A stretch of DNA of 64,000 bases from Guillardia theta CCMP2712. Taxonomy: Eukaryota; Protista; Cryptophyta. Below, piece by piece: positions 51,573-61,330 of this stretch. Within the stretch, counting starts at the first letter, position 1; every line of letters begins with the position of its first letter. The position numbers were made by a program, and so were the translations under genes. The notes beneath the pieces were generated by a model. That model did no database searches and was not told the origin of the DNA. It saw nothing but the letters and a program-made list of their open reading frames with translations. Where the stretch lies: NCBI RefSeq assembly GCF_000315625.1, contig NW_005434651.1, forward strand, positions 251,051 to 315,050, read 5' to 3'.

Positions 51573-52649
51573 ATGACGACAGTTGATGACGAGGCAAACA
51601 CATTCTTCGAAAGTACTAGGCCATCCCTGCAAGAAGACTGCCCAGCCTTCCTCCAGCTCGCCGCCCTCCATCAAACCTTCCAGCAGCCCGACCTCGACCG
51701 CTGCGACTCCTTCGCCATCCGCAGATCCTCCCTCCTCGTCGGTGACCTCCTCGGCCAAGGCTCCTCCGGCGAGGTCAGGAGCGCCCTCTACAACGGTACC
51801 ACCGTCGCCGTCAAGACTCTCTGCTCCCAGCTCGACGTCCGCTCCAACGAGGGCAAGGACCTGCTCAAGGAGATCGGCATGATGAGCCACGCGTTCCGGC
51901 ACAAGAACGTGGTTGACTTCTACGGCATCTACGAGCACGACGGGCTGCCGTGGCTGGTGATGGAGCTCATGCCCGGCGGGAGCCTCGAGCACTACTACGA
52001 GGCCAAGAAGCGCTCCCGACGCGACGGGCGCTGGCGGCCCAAGACGAGGAGGGCGGTGTCGTGGGTGGAGGACATCCTGAGCGCGCTGGCGTACCTGCAC
52101 TCGCAGAAGCCGCCGGTGATCCACCGAGACATCAAGCCGGCGAACATGCTGCTGACGGGGGACGGGAGGACGGTGAAGATCGGAGACTTCGGGCTCAGCC
52201 GCATGTGCCCGCACGAAGAAATGCCGCGAGAGATGAAGACGTGTCGGGTGGATGCCTGTAGGTTTGAATGCAGTAGCAGACTTGAGCTGACGGGGACGAC
52301 GGGGACGTACCGGTACATGGCGCCGGAGATCTTCCGGGGAGAGACTCGGTACACTGCGGCAGTGGACGTGTACTCGTTCTCGCTGGTGATGTGGTACATC
52401 TTCGCCGGCGAGCATCCCTTTGCCGAGATGGATGGACACACGGTTGCGAGCATGGCGGCGAGACAATACATGCGTCCTGCTGTACCTAGCGATCGGGCGA
52501 TGCCGAGGGAGTTACAGGAGATGATGAAGCGGGCATGGGCGGGGAGGGGGGAGGAACGGCCGGGGGCAGAGGAGCTACTGGAGGAGGTGGAGGCATGGAG
52601 TGGGAAGGTAGCAAGGTGTTTTGATTTTAGAATCGCTCTGTCATGGTAG
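51573..52649 (+). CDS. Intronless TKL/Raf-like protein kinase, copy 1
   Basis: LGQGSSG, VAVK, HRDIKPAN, DFG, GTYRYMAPE, DVYSF motifs. Confidence 0.9.
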   Translation: MTTVDDEANTFFESTRPSLQEDCPAFLQLAALHQTFQQPDLDRCDSFAIRRSSLLVGDLLGQGSSGEVRSALYNGTTVAVKTLCSQLDVRSNEGKDLLKEIGMMSHAFRHKNVVDFYGIYEHDGLPWLVMELMPGGSLEHYYEAKKRSRRDGRWRPKTRRAVSWVEDILSALAYLHSQKPPVIHRDIKPANMLLTGDGRTVKIGDFGLSRMCPHEEMPREMKTCRVDACRFECSSRLELTGTTGTYRYMAPEIFRGETRYTAAVDVYSFSLVMWYIFAGEHPFAEMDGHTVASMAARQYMRPAVPSDRAMPRELQEMMKRAWAGRGEERPGAEELLEEVEAWSGKVARCFDFRIALSW

Positions 52650-53116
52650 AGGTGGTTCTCTCCTGAGATTCAAAGTTTTCGATCTGATTTATCAAAGTAC
52701 TTTATTTCAGCCTTGGTGACCCCCTGCGGACAATTGCGGCAGCATCGTCCCAAGTTTCCCATCGACCGTCCTGTCGTGCCGCCCGTGCAGGCAAGGCGGA
52801 GCCTGGAGTTGGAACTTAACAAGAATGTTATCTTGGGTGGAGCGTTCCTTAAAGTTGTCCACATTAGTAGAGGGATCCACGTTCAGGATCACCCCAACTT
52901 CTGCTTGCTAGGAGTCCTTGCTTTCTCAAGCCGCTAGACATTATTGGGTAGGCGTGGGGTCAGTCGGCTGTACATGCGGGGTGGGGTCAGTCGGGCCGCT
53001 AAGGGGTTTTGTGTCTGCGTCCTCTTGGCAAAACTGCCCTCTTTCTCAAACGGGAGGACAGAACAAGGACGAGAGAGATCGAGAAAGCTTCAACACTTCT
53101 CACCCAACCTGGACAA

Positions 53117-53228
53117 GCAAGGACCTGCTCAAGGAGATCGGCATGATGAGCCACGCGTTCCGGCACAAGAACGTCGTTGACTTCTACGGCATCTACGAGC
53201 ACGACGGGCTGCCGTGGCTGGTGATGGA
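53117..53228 (+). pseudogene. 112-bp internal kinase fragment (copy of 51853-51964)
   Basis: Near-identical to the KDLLKEIGMMSHAF...WLVME coding segment; unrelated flanks. Confidence 0.85.
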
Positions 53229-53675
53229 ACTAACACTGATGCGGGGATAAGCCAGCAACGTAGCGATAGTGCACTTAGGTATGAGCAGATGCCCTATGAA
53301 GCTAGATTTGTTGATCAGATCGTACAAATGTGCGGTACCGTACGTCTACGTCACTTAGTACACAATATCGATTCTACCACTGTATATAAATCACGCCAGG
53401 GTACCCGGCCACTCTCCTCGTATGGAGGCTCTTCAAACACGTCGACTTGCGGGACAAACTGGTTGGGGGTGGGAAGAAGGGGGGAAGGGGGAAGAGTGTA
53501 GAGGAGAGGGGTACTCTCGGAGTCAGATACGGCTGTGTCAAGGTGGTTTAACTTCAGATGGACCAGTCCTCTCTACCAGATTCACCCACCCTTGCAACCC
53601 CTCCTCCCTGTGGCAAGTTTAAAAGTGGACGTCGCAAACGCTAGGGTACAACAATGCTGAGATAACTGATAAGGC

Positions 53676-54827
53676 TTGTCTCCGCAAACAACAGCATATG
53701 CCCCAGAACGAACACTTACATTAGACAACTCAGTATCTGAAATCAAGCTTGTTTGCTGTCCCTCTCTGCAAGAAGACTGCCCAGCCTTCCTCCAGCTCGC
53801 TGCCCTCCATCAAACCTTCCAGCAGCCCGACCTAGACCGCTGCGACTCCTTCGCCATCCGCAGATCCTCCCTCCTCGTCGGTGACCTCCTCGGCCAAGGC
53901 TCCTCCGGCGAGGTCAGGAGCGCCCTCTACAACGGTACCACCGTCGCCGTCAAGACTCTCTGCTCCCAGCTCGACGTCCGCTCCAACGAGGGCAAGGACC
54001 TGCTCAAGGAGATCGGCATGATGAGCCACGCGTTCCGGCACAAGAACGTGGTTGATTTCTACGGCATCTACGAGCACGACGGGCTGCCGTGGCTGGTGAT
54101 GGAGCTCATGCCCGGCGGGAGCCTCGAGCACTACTACGAGGCCAAGAAGCGCTCCCGACTCGACGGGCGCTGGCGGCCCAAGACGAGGAGGGCGGTGTCG
54201 TGGGTGGAGGACATCCTGAGCGCGCTGGCGTACCTGCACTCGCAGAAGCCGCCGGTGATCCACCGAGACATCAAGCCGGCGAACATGCTGCTGACGGGGG
54301 ACGGGAGGACGGTGAAGATCGGAGACTTCGGGCTCAGCCGCATGTGCCCGCACGAAGAAATGCCGCGAGAGATGAAGACGTGTCGGGTGGATGCCTGTAG
54401 GTTTGAATGCAGTAGCAGACTTGAGCTGACGGGTACGACGGGGACGTACCGGTACATGGCGCCGGAGATCTTCCGGGGAGAGACTCGGTACACTGCAGCA
54501 GTGGACGTGTACTCGTTCTCGCTGGTGATGTGGTACATCTTCGCCGGCGAGCATCCCTTTGCCGAGATGGATGGACACACGGTTGTGAGCATGGCGGCGA
54601 GACAATACATTCGCCCGGGGCTGTCGAGCGTTGCAAGGATGCCGAGGGAGCTACAGGAGATGATGAAGCGGGCATGGGCGGGGAGGGGGGAGGAACGGCC
54701 GGGGGCAGAGGAGCTACTGGAGGAGGTGGAGGCATGGAGAGGAAAGAATGTGAGCTGTGTAAGCTATTTCGGATGGAATCGCAGTCGCGGAAAACGATAC
54801 CCGGAAATTTGTTCTAAAAATTGTTAG
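53676..54827 (+). CDS. TKL-like kinase copy 2 (no in-frame ATG before the kinase domain; upstream exon or 5'-truncated)
   Basis: Near-identical to copy 1 from ~53765; different N-terminus and C-terminal tail. Confidence 0.7.
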   Translation: MSPQTTAYAPERTLTLDNSVSEIKLVCCPSLQEDCPAFLQLAALHQTFQQPDLDRCDSFAIRRSSLLVGDLLGQGSSGEVRSALYNGTTVAVKTLCSQLDVRSNEGKDLLKEIGMMSHAFRHKNVVDFYGIYEHDGLPWLVMELMPGGSLEHYYEAKKRSRLDGRWRPKTRRAVSWVEDILSALAYLHSQKPPVIHRDIKPANMLLTGDGRTVKIGDFGLSRMCPHEEMPREMKTCRVDACRFECSSRLELTGTTGTYRYMAPEIFRGETRYTAAVDVYSFSLVMWYIFAGEHPFAEMDGHTVVSMAARQYIRPGLSSVARMPRELQEMMKRAWAGRGEERPGAEELLEEVEAWRGKNVSCVSYFGWNRSRGKRYPEICSKNC

Positions 54828-54879
54828 CAGTAAAGTACAAGTCACTACCGAGTCACCATGACACGGTTGCCCGTTCATC

Positions 54880-55790
54880 AGCTAAGCTGGGCAGTCTCTC
54901 AGATGTTCCCTCCAAATGATAACTGAGTCCTGACTTGAACAACACGCGTTTGACAGTGATGAGGAGCTTCCATCTCGTTGCAGCTTTGTAAAAACATTTC
55001 ACGAAACACGATGTGATTCTCAGCTTCAGATGCAGCACACAGAGAATCAAACTTTTGCATGCAAGCCCACATTGCCTCAACATGTCACAAGAATTGATCT
55101 TGCATCAAAATGACCACTCGTTGTCCTTGCTGTAATTTGTTGGAAACACGAGATCTGCGAAGAGCTTCCTTATTAACCTCAGTGAGCGATTGCTTCTGAA
55201 ACATGCATGTCCGAATGATACTTTCCGTTTCTTTTGCAGCACCGTCATTGACCATCCAAAAACACTCAACAGGAATCGACACACTGTTACAAAAATCTTC
55301 AACTGTTTGTTCGGCAACAACGCTGACAACATGAAACATCTCAGTGGTTTGCACTGGATGCTATGTCGCAAAATAAGCAGCAACGCGTTGCAAGGACGCC
55401 TTTCATTGCAACAAGGCTCCAAAATCCCTTCATGTCTCCTTTGAAATAAACTTCAAGGGGCAAAATTAGTTCTGGTTCATTCTCGTCAGAAGACGCCATT
55501 CGTGCACGCCCACCAATGCAATCAGGTCTTTCCATTCTCGGTAGCTTGGGTCTCTTGGATTAGTGCAGTACTGGAGGGAAGATACACATCCCAGAATTTC
55601 GCTGTTCAAAATGTTTTCACTCACATCATAGCAATACTTGACATTTTCTACAGTATCATCCATGCATATCAAGGGGAAAGTTGCAAGCGAAAGCGGAGAA
55701 TTCAAGTAGTCTTCTTGTTGCTGGATAAGTTTTTCAACGAACGAAATCACAACGGGATGAATTCAATTGAGCTGATGATCCAAGTCTTGT
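54880..55790 (-). pseudogene. Decayed intronless ORF of unknown function
   Basis: ORFs 55466-55750 and 55085-55354 are in the same frame; protein-like sequence continues through about 7 in-frame stops. Confidence 0.4.
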
Positions 55791-56603
55791 CCCGTCGAGA
55801 ACGGCCGGCGGCTGCACGAGTCAGTGCACCGCAATCCGATGATCGGACAAAGTATTAACAAAAGTCAGCTTGACAGGTCTACGGTACGGGCCCGGCGCCA
55901 GCTGCCAACACTTGACTGCAGCTCAAACACGGCATGCTTCATTGCAGGTTTGTGCCAGGCTTTCAATCTGTTGTCTTTATATTGAGGCAGGCAGTCAACG
56001 CGTTCTTTGAAACGATGCAGCACACTGCAACAGAGCAACCGCCATTGGGCCGGATAGACTTGTGAAAGTCTTTGCAGACAAGCTCAAGCCTTCACAGAAA
56101 GGCATCTAAGTAAGTGCAAGTGAAGAGCACGAAGAAGCTATTGTTTTCTACAGACAACCCTGGTGAGCGACGACAATGCAAAGCACGCGAGTAACCTCTC
56201 GTATACTGGTTACACCTCGGAGTCCTTTAGATGCCTATTCTCCCTTTGCATGGTGTCATAGAAATTTCATCTTGTTGGTGTAGCATCTCAATACACTGCA
56301 CTGCACCTTCCTGTGATCCAGTGGAGGTGCTTTTTAACGTCTGTTGCCGACGATAGCAACCCATGAAGCCCAGAGTTCGACAAGCATTCACACAAGACAT
56401 GACGAAGTTACACGTACTTAATCCATGCATGGTTAGCTGTTCTGCACACAAGATAAAATCTAGACTTTTTTTGTAGCATTCTTCGCGAAAAAAAACTCCT
56501 TTGCAGAGTTAAGAATTGCTCACAAAACACCGTTTGGAACAAGGAACATGAATTTATTTACATGTCAATATTGTACACTTTCATATTAGCAGTTCAATTT
56601 ACA

Positions 56604-56837
56604 TCACAATGTCATCTCCTCCCCTAGTGCGCTGACGATCACCGCCTTAGACTTGATCAGACGGATAGACCTCTCCAGGCACTCGAGCTGCTTCCTTCTC
56701 CACGACGACTGTTCGAGGCTCGAGATCCGCGCCTTGACGCGCTCGGAGGTAGCGATCTCATCTTGGGGGCTAGGGCAAGCAGGCTGTGCTGAGTGGGGCT
56801 GATGGGGCTGATGGGGCTGATGGGGCTGATGGCACAT
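56604..56837 (-). CDS. 77-aa microprotein, family member 1 (MCHQPHQPHQPH...SWRRKQLECLERSIRLIKSKAVIVSALGEEMTL)
   Basis: Last ~100 nt nearly identical to members 2 and 3. Confidence 0.6.
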   Translation of the reverse strand: MCHQPHQPHQPHQPHSAQPACPSPQDEIATSERVKARISSLEQSSWRRKQLECLERSIRLIKSKAVIVSALGEEMTL

Positions 56838-58186
56838 GATGGAAGGTAGGTAGCCGTGTAGGAGGGAGGGGGCGAGAGAGTTTTGGCGAGTTAGGATCGG
56901 GAGTTCTTTTGTAGCAGGGCCAGGGAGTACTACCCTACCACTCTTAGAGCTTGAGAAGCTTACAGAAGGAGGGGTGGAGAGAAGTGGGTTTAACGATATC
57001 CCTGAAAAAGAGTGTTTTCGCACATATCTCGTCGGTGAATCACGAACCTACCATGGCCACTTCTGACCCTCGTTCCTCCATTTGTAGGGGTAGGTCGAAT
57101 TCCTCCAAATAGACGGGGTCCTTTTACTATTGAGAAGGGGTAGGTAGAAATATGGAGTAGGAGGTGCGGCTAGGTGGTTCTTGATACAAGGGCTAAACAG
57201 TGCACAGACCGGGTAGTCCACGAGCAATTAAGGGGTAGGGTCCTACACCTCCATCCGACGTGCCTGTTATTCGAAACGTTTCGATTTCACATCTCTTCGA
57301 GAGCACATGGCACCCATGGCATCCGGATCTCGTTACGGTCGTGCGTGTTGGATCATCAAAGGACCCGGTAGAATAGCCCAGAAGAGGGGGTGGTATGTGT
57401 AAAGGAGTTTTGACTGGTCGAATCCCTCATCCCCTCACTGACCAACCATGGCAACCTTGAGACGGAGGTCCCTCCCGCTGAAACCTTCCAGAAGGTTCGA
57501 GACAACTGGCCGGTCTTTACCGAGTAAACTATCCATGATTGACCAAGGCATACCCTACTGACATCCTTTACTCAAAGTTAAGTTAAAAATCAGTACTCGT
57601 CCTAGTAGCGGGCCCGGGGGAACGGGAGTATTGTCCGGTCAGTACGGTAGTTGCGGGCCGGCCTCACTGGTCATCCTCTCTGAAAAGTTTTTGACCGGGC
57701 GACCAGAGCCGAGTACCATTGGAGCGGGCTCGGGAAAGAGGAGATCCCTTCCGCTGTGACTCGTCTATTTAGATCGATGAGCTTCTAGAAGCCTCTAGGC
57801 AGACAAGGTGTTAATCGGACAGTCAGAGATCCGTACCCCTTGTCATCCCTGTAATTCGCACCCCTCCTGCTATTGACTCCTTCCCTTACAGGAAACCTCA
57901 CCCCTTCATTTGCCTCCTACCCAACCATCGCGTTCTCCCCCGCCACTCCCTCGCCTTCTTCGGACGCCACCCCTTGACCCCCCCGTCTACCCCCTCTCTC
58001 CCCTCCTCCTCCCCCTCACCCCTCCCTCTCCCTCTCCCTAGCCTCAACGAATTAAACCTCTCAGCCTCCAGATTCTAAACACCTTCCCCCAACCCTCCAG
58101 CGCTTCCCACGCCACCGAGACTCCAGCGTCCTCGTCCTCGTGGTCTCCGCGTCAGCCCTTACCCTGCACCAGCGCTATCTACTGCA

Positions 58187-58393
58187 ATGACTCCATCCAC
58201 GCCATGCCCCCAAGCCGCCATCTGCTCGTCCCCTACTGCGCACAACAACAAGCCTGCTGCAGCACCTTCCTCTGCGGGCTTCACGGCGTCGTCGTGGAGA
58301 AGGAAGCAGCTCGAGTGCCTGGAGAGGTCTATCCGTCTGATCGAGTCTAAGGCGGTGATCGTCAGCGCACTAGGGGAGGAGATGACATTGTAG
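58187..58393 (+). CDS. 68-aa microprotein, family member 2
   Basis: Conserved C-terminal 33 aa shared across four loci. Confidence 0.65.
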   Translation: MTPSTPCPQAAICSSPTAHNNKPAAAPSSAGFTASSWRRKQLECLERSIRLIESKAVIVSALGEEMTL

Positions 58394-58784
58394 GACTCTT
58401 AGATTGTACTGGCCACACTGGCGAGCTGTACACTATATATCCATGTAGATGACATGTAAAGAAGCGATTTGTGAATAAAGCCTCAAAGACGATACACTGA
58501 TCATCTTATTCCTGCTTCCTTGCATGAGCACAATCAGCATGCAACGAAAACACCAACGTTGCCCGCGCCGAAAAGATTCCGTGGCATGTCCATGGAGCCA
58601 AAGCCAGTAGTTAAAACTGATTCAAACTGTACAGACTTGAGCCGACCCTGCCCTCCATCCAGATCTCTCATCTCATCACATTTTATTTACAAACATTTTA
58701 TTTACAAACAATCCAACATACCAACAAAACTGTACACTCTCAATCATATCTTACATCCTCTATCTCGTATCTTCGTCGTACTTC

Positions 58785-58991
58785 CTACAATGTCATCTCC
58801 TCCCCTAGTGCGCTGACGATCACCGCCTTAGACTCGATCAGACGGATAGACCTCTCCAGGCACTCGAGCTGCTTCCTTCTCCACGACGACGCCGTGAAGC
58901 CCGCAGAGGAAGGTGCTGCAGCAGGCTTGTTGTTGTGCGCAGTAGGGGACGAGCAGATGGCGGCTTGGGGGCATGGCGTGGATGGAGTCAT
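58785..58991 (-). CDS. 68-aa microprotein, family member 3 (identical inverted copy of member 2)
   Basis: Identical translation. Confidence 0.65.
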   Translation of the reverse strand: MTPSTPCPQAAICSSPTAHNNKPAAAPSSAGFTASSWRRKQLECLERSIRLIESKAVIVSALGEEMTL

Positions 58992-60096
58992 TGCAGTAGA
59001 TAGCGCTGGTGCAGGGTAAGGGCTGACGCGGAGACCACGAGGACGAGGACGCTGGAGTCTCGGTGGCGTGGGAAGCGCTGGAGGGTTGGGGGAAGGTGTT
59101 TAGAATCTGGAGGCTGAGAGGTTTAATTCGTTGAGGCTAGGGAGAGGGAGAGGGAGGGGTGAGGGGGAGGAGGAGGGGAGAGAGGGGGTAGACGGGGGGG
59201 TCAAGGGGTGGCGTCCGAAGAAGGCGAGGGAGTGGCGGGGGAGAACGCGATGGTTGGGTAGGAGGCAAATGAAGGGGTGAGGTTTCCTGTAAGGGAAGGA
59301 GTCAATAGCAGGAGGGGTGCGAATTACAGGGATGACAAGGGGTGGTGGAATCCGGTAAAGACCGGCCTTCCGGTCAGCAGAATCATTCCTCCAGATCCGG
59401 ACGCCACCAGCAATCGCTGTACAATAGTTTTAAGTGTAAACAGTTTTAATTGAGGTATCGTGATTGATTGCCTGGAAAGGTTCAGTACGGGTACAACACA
59501 AGAGGATTACAGGGGTGCTGGAGGGCATAGAGCCGTCATGGCTCCGGTAACCTGACTTTTGTCTTCTGGAAGGTCTTTACCAAATTTAAAAGTCTCCGCT
59601 TAAAAATTTCACCTTCTTACTACAGGGATATGTCGATCACGTTTGACTGGAACGTGATGTATGAGTCACTGTAACGTGATCCTCGTATCTTGTCGCCAGG
59701 GTACGATCTCCCGCTCGCTTCGTTCCTCGCCTGTGGATTTGTGAGCTTGTGCTCGTAGCCCGAGGACCTTGGTTCTCATCTTTCGCTTTTCAGCTTGTTT
59801 CGTTTTCAATTCTCGTGTGCATCCTTTCTCTACTCTGAGTACAACTGGAAATTCATCTTTCCCGGAAGCATTCTTGTGCTTTGAAAGCACTGTGAAGCTG
59901 GAGACCTCTTATTCTTCATCTGCAACCAGAAAGGGAGCAATCGAAGTGCATTTTGCTCGCAGCCAGCTTGGCTTTTGATGCACCGTTAACGCTTACATTG
60001 GGCAAGTTGTTTCTTGGTTCTCTCCTTTGCTGTTTCGGTTTGCTGTGTGTGTCCTTCATTGATTTCGCTGTCAACATAGTTCTCCCACTTCACATC

Positions 60097-60324
60097 ATGC
60101 TGGATTCTCCCACCACTGTACGGACAAGTCATGGATCTCTTCCCAATACCAACTTTCAGTCTTCGGCTATTCGAAGATTAGGGACAGAAGAAGCAGTGTC
60201 CGAGGCTAGAGAGTTCAACGAAAGCTTCCGGGAGAAACAGTTCGACAGTCTACAGCGATCAATTTCTTTGATCTTGATGAAGGCTGAGATTGTCAATGCT
60301 CTAGGAGAAGTTATGCGTTTGTAG
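60097..60324 (+). CDS. 75-aa microprotein, diverged family member 4 (...SFREKQFDSLQRSISLILMKAEIVNALGEVMRL)
   Basis: C-terminal 33 aa conserved at protein level despite nucleotide divergence; stop at the same position. Confidence 0.6.
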   Translation: MLDSPTTVRTSHGSLPNTNFQSSAIRRLGTEEAVSEAREFNESFREKQFDSLQRSISLILMKAEIVNALGEVMRL

Positions 60325-60642
60325 AGTGAGCCCACATGCTTGTATGATTAAATCCTATTACGTGACTACTGAGTCGGCATGTAAACTTCAATCACCAGCA
60401 CTCATCAGCTGATGACCGTACAGCGTGACTCGCACACTGGTGACCGCCGCCACTGTCATGGCACTGCCAGGCTGCACTGAGCCTCAGTGAACGGCCCTAC
60501 TAGTACGCCGGGCGGGTGACAGTGACCGACTGGCTCGGCGCACCGTCGTGACCATCGTTCGCTGGCATGGCGCAAGGCCCTGAGGGAGTCAGTTTCAAGT
60601 TTCGGAAACTCAGTCAGTGAAACGAGCATGGCATGTCCCAGT

Positions 60643-60721
60643 CCGGGCCCGGAAGACCCCGGGCCCGGTCACTGTGCCGGGCCCGGAAGACCCCGAGCCC
60701 GGTCACTGTGCCGGGCCCGGA
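60643..60721. repeat. 34-bp tandem repeat x2.3 (CCGGGCCCGGAAGACCCCGGGCCCGGTCACTGTG)
   Basis: Direct. Confidence 0.9.
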
Positions 60722-60772
60722 CAAACAGGTCAACCAGGAAGGAATTAGGAGGGAAGCGGGTTAGGAGGGAGA

Positions 60773-60902
60773 GAGAGGAAGACTGAGGAAAGAGCGTCAG
60801 GGTAGAGCCTGAGGAAGCGATAGTATGCTCAGATGAGGAGAGGAAGACTGAGGAAAGAGCGTCAGGGTAGAGCCTGAGGAAGCGATAGTATGCTCAGATG
60901 AG
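60773..60902. repeat. 65-bp direct duplication
   Basis: Period of 65 nt. Confidence 0.9.
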
Positions 60903-61223
60903 CACTGAAACTTGGCAGATAGTATGCTCAGATGAGCACTGAAACTTGGCAGATAGTATGCTCAGATGAGCACTGAAACTTGGCAGATAGTATGCTCAGA
61001 TGAGCACTGAAACTTGGCAGATAGTATGCTCAGATGAGCACTGAAACTTGGCAGATAGTATGATCAGATGAGCACTGAAACTTGGCAGATAGTATGCTCA
61101 GATGAGCACTGAAACTTGGCAGATAGTATGCTCAGATGAGCACTGAAACTTGGCAGATAGTATGCTCAGATGAGCACTGAAACTTGGCAGATAGTATGCT
61201 CAGATGAGCACTGAAACTTGGCA
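60884..61223. repeat. 34-bp minisatellite x10 (GATAGTATGCTCAGATGAGCACTGAAACTTGGCA)
   Basis: Ten head-to-tail units, one variant in unit 6; internal dyad TGCTCA-GA-TGAGCA; no spacers. Confidence 0.96.
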
Positions 61224-61330
61224 GCGGAGCGGTGCTGAAAGATGCTTGTAAGGTGTTCTGATAGAAGAATTGCTGATAGACGTATGTCGTGAGGCCAACG
61301 TTGTCGGTTGCGACCTGTCGCGTCACTTCC

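Larger units (their letters stand above)
57835..59343. repeat. 561-bp inverted repeat (57835-58395 / 58783-59343), 387-bp spacer
   Basis: Arms are reverse complements; no mismatch seen in spot checks. Confidence 0.95.

Noticed and set aside
51363-52466. Long antisense ORFs over the kinases, collagens, phosphatase and mucin repeat
   Set aside because: Shadows of GC3-rich or repetitive sense-strand coding sequence
57835-59343. TIR transposon or MITE
   Set aside because: Arms consist of upstream region plus ORF, there is no transposase, and no target-site duplication was seen
60884-61223. CRISPR array (34-bp palindromic repeat)
   Set aside because: Units are head-to-tail with no unique spacers, there are no cas genes, and the context is eukaryotic
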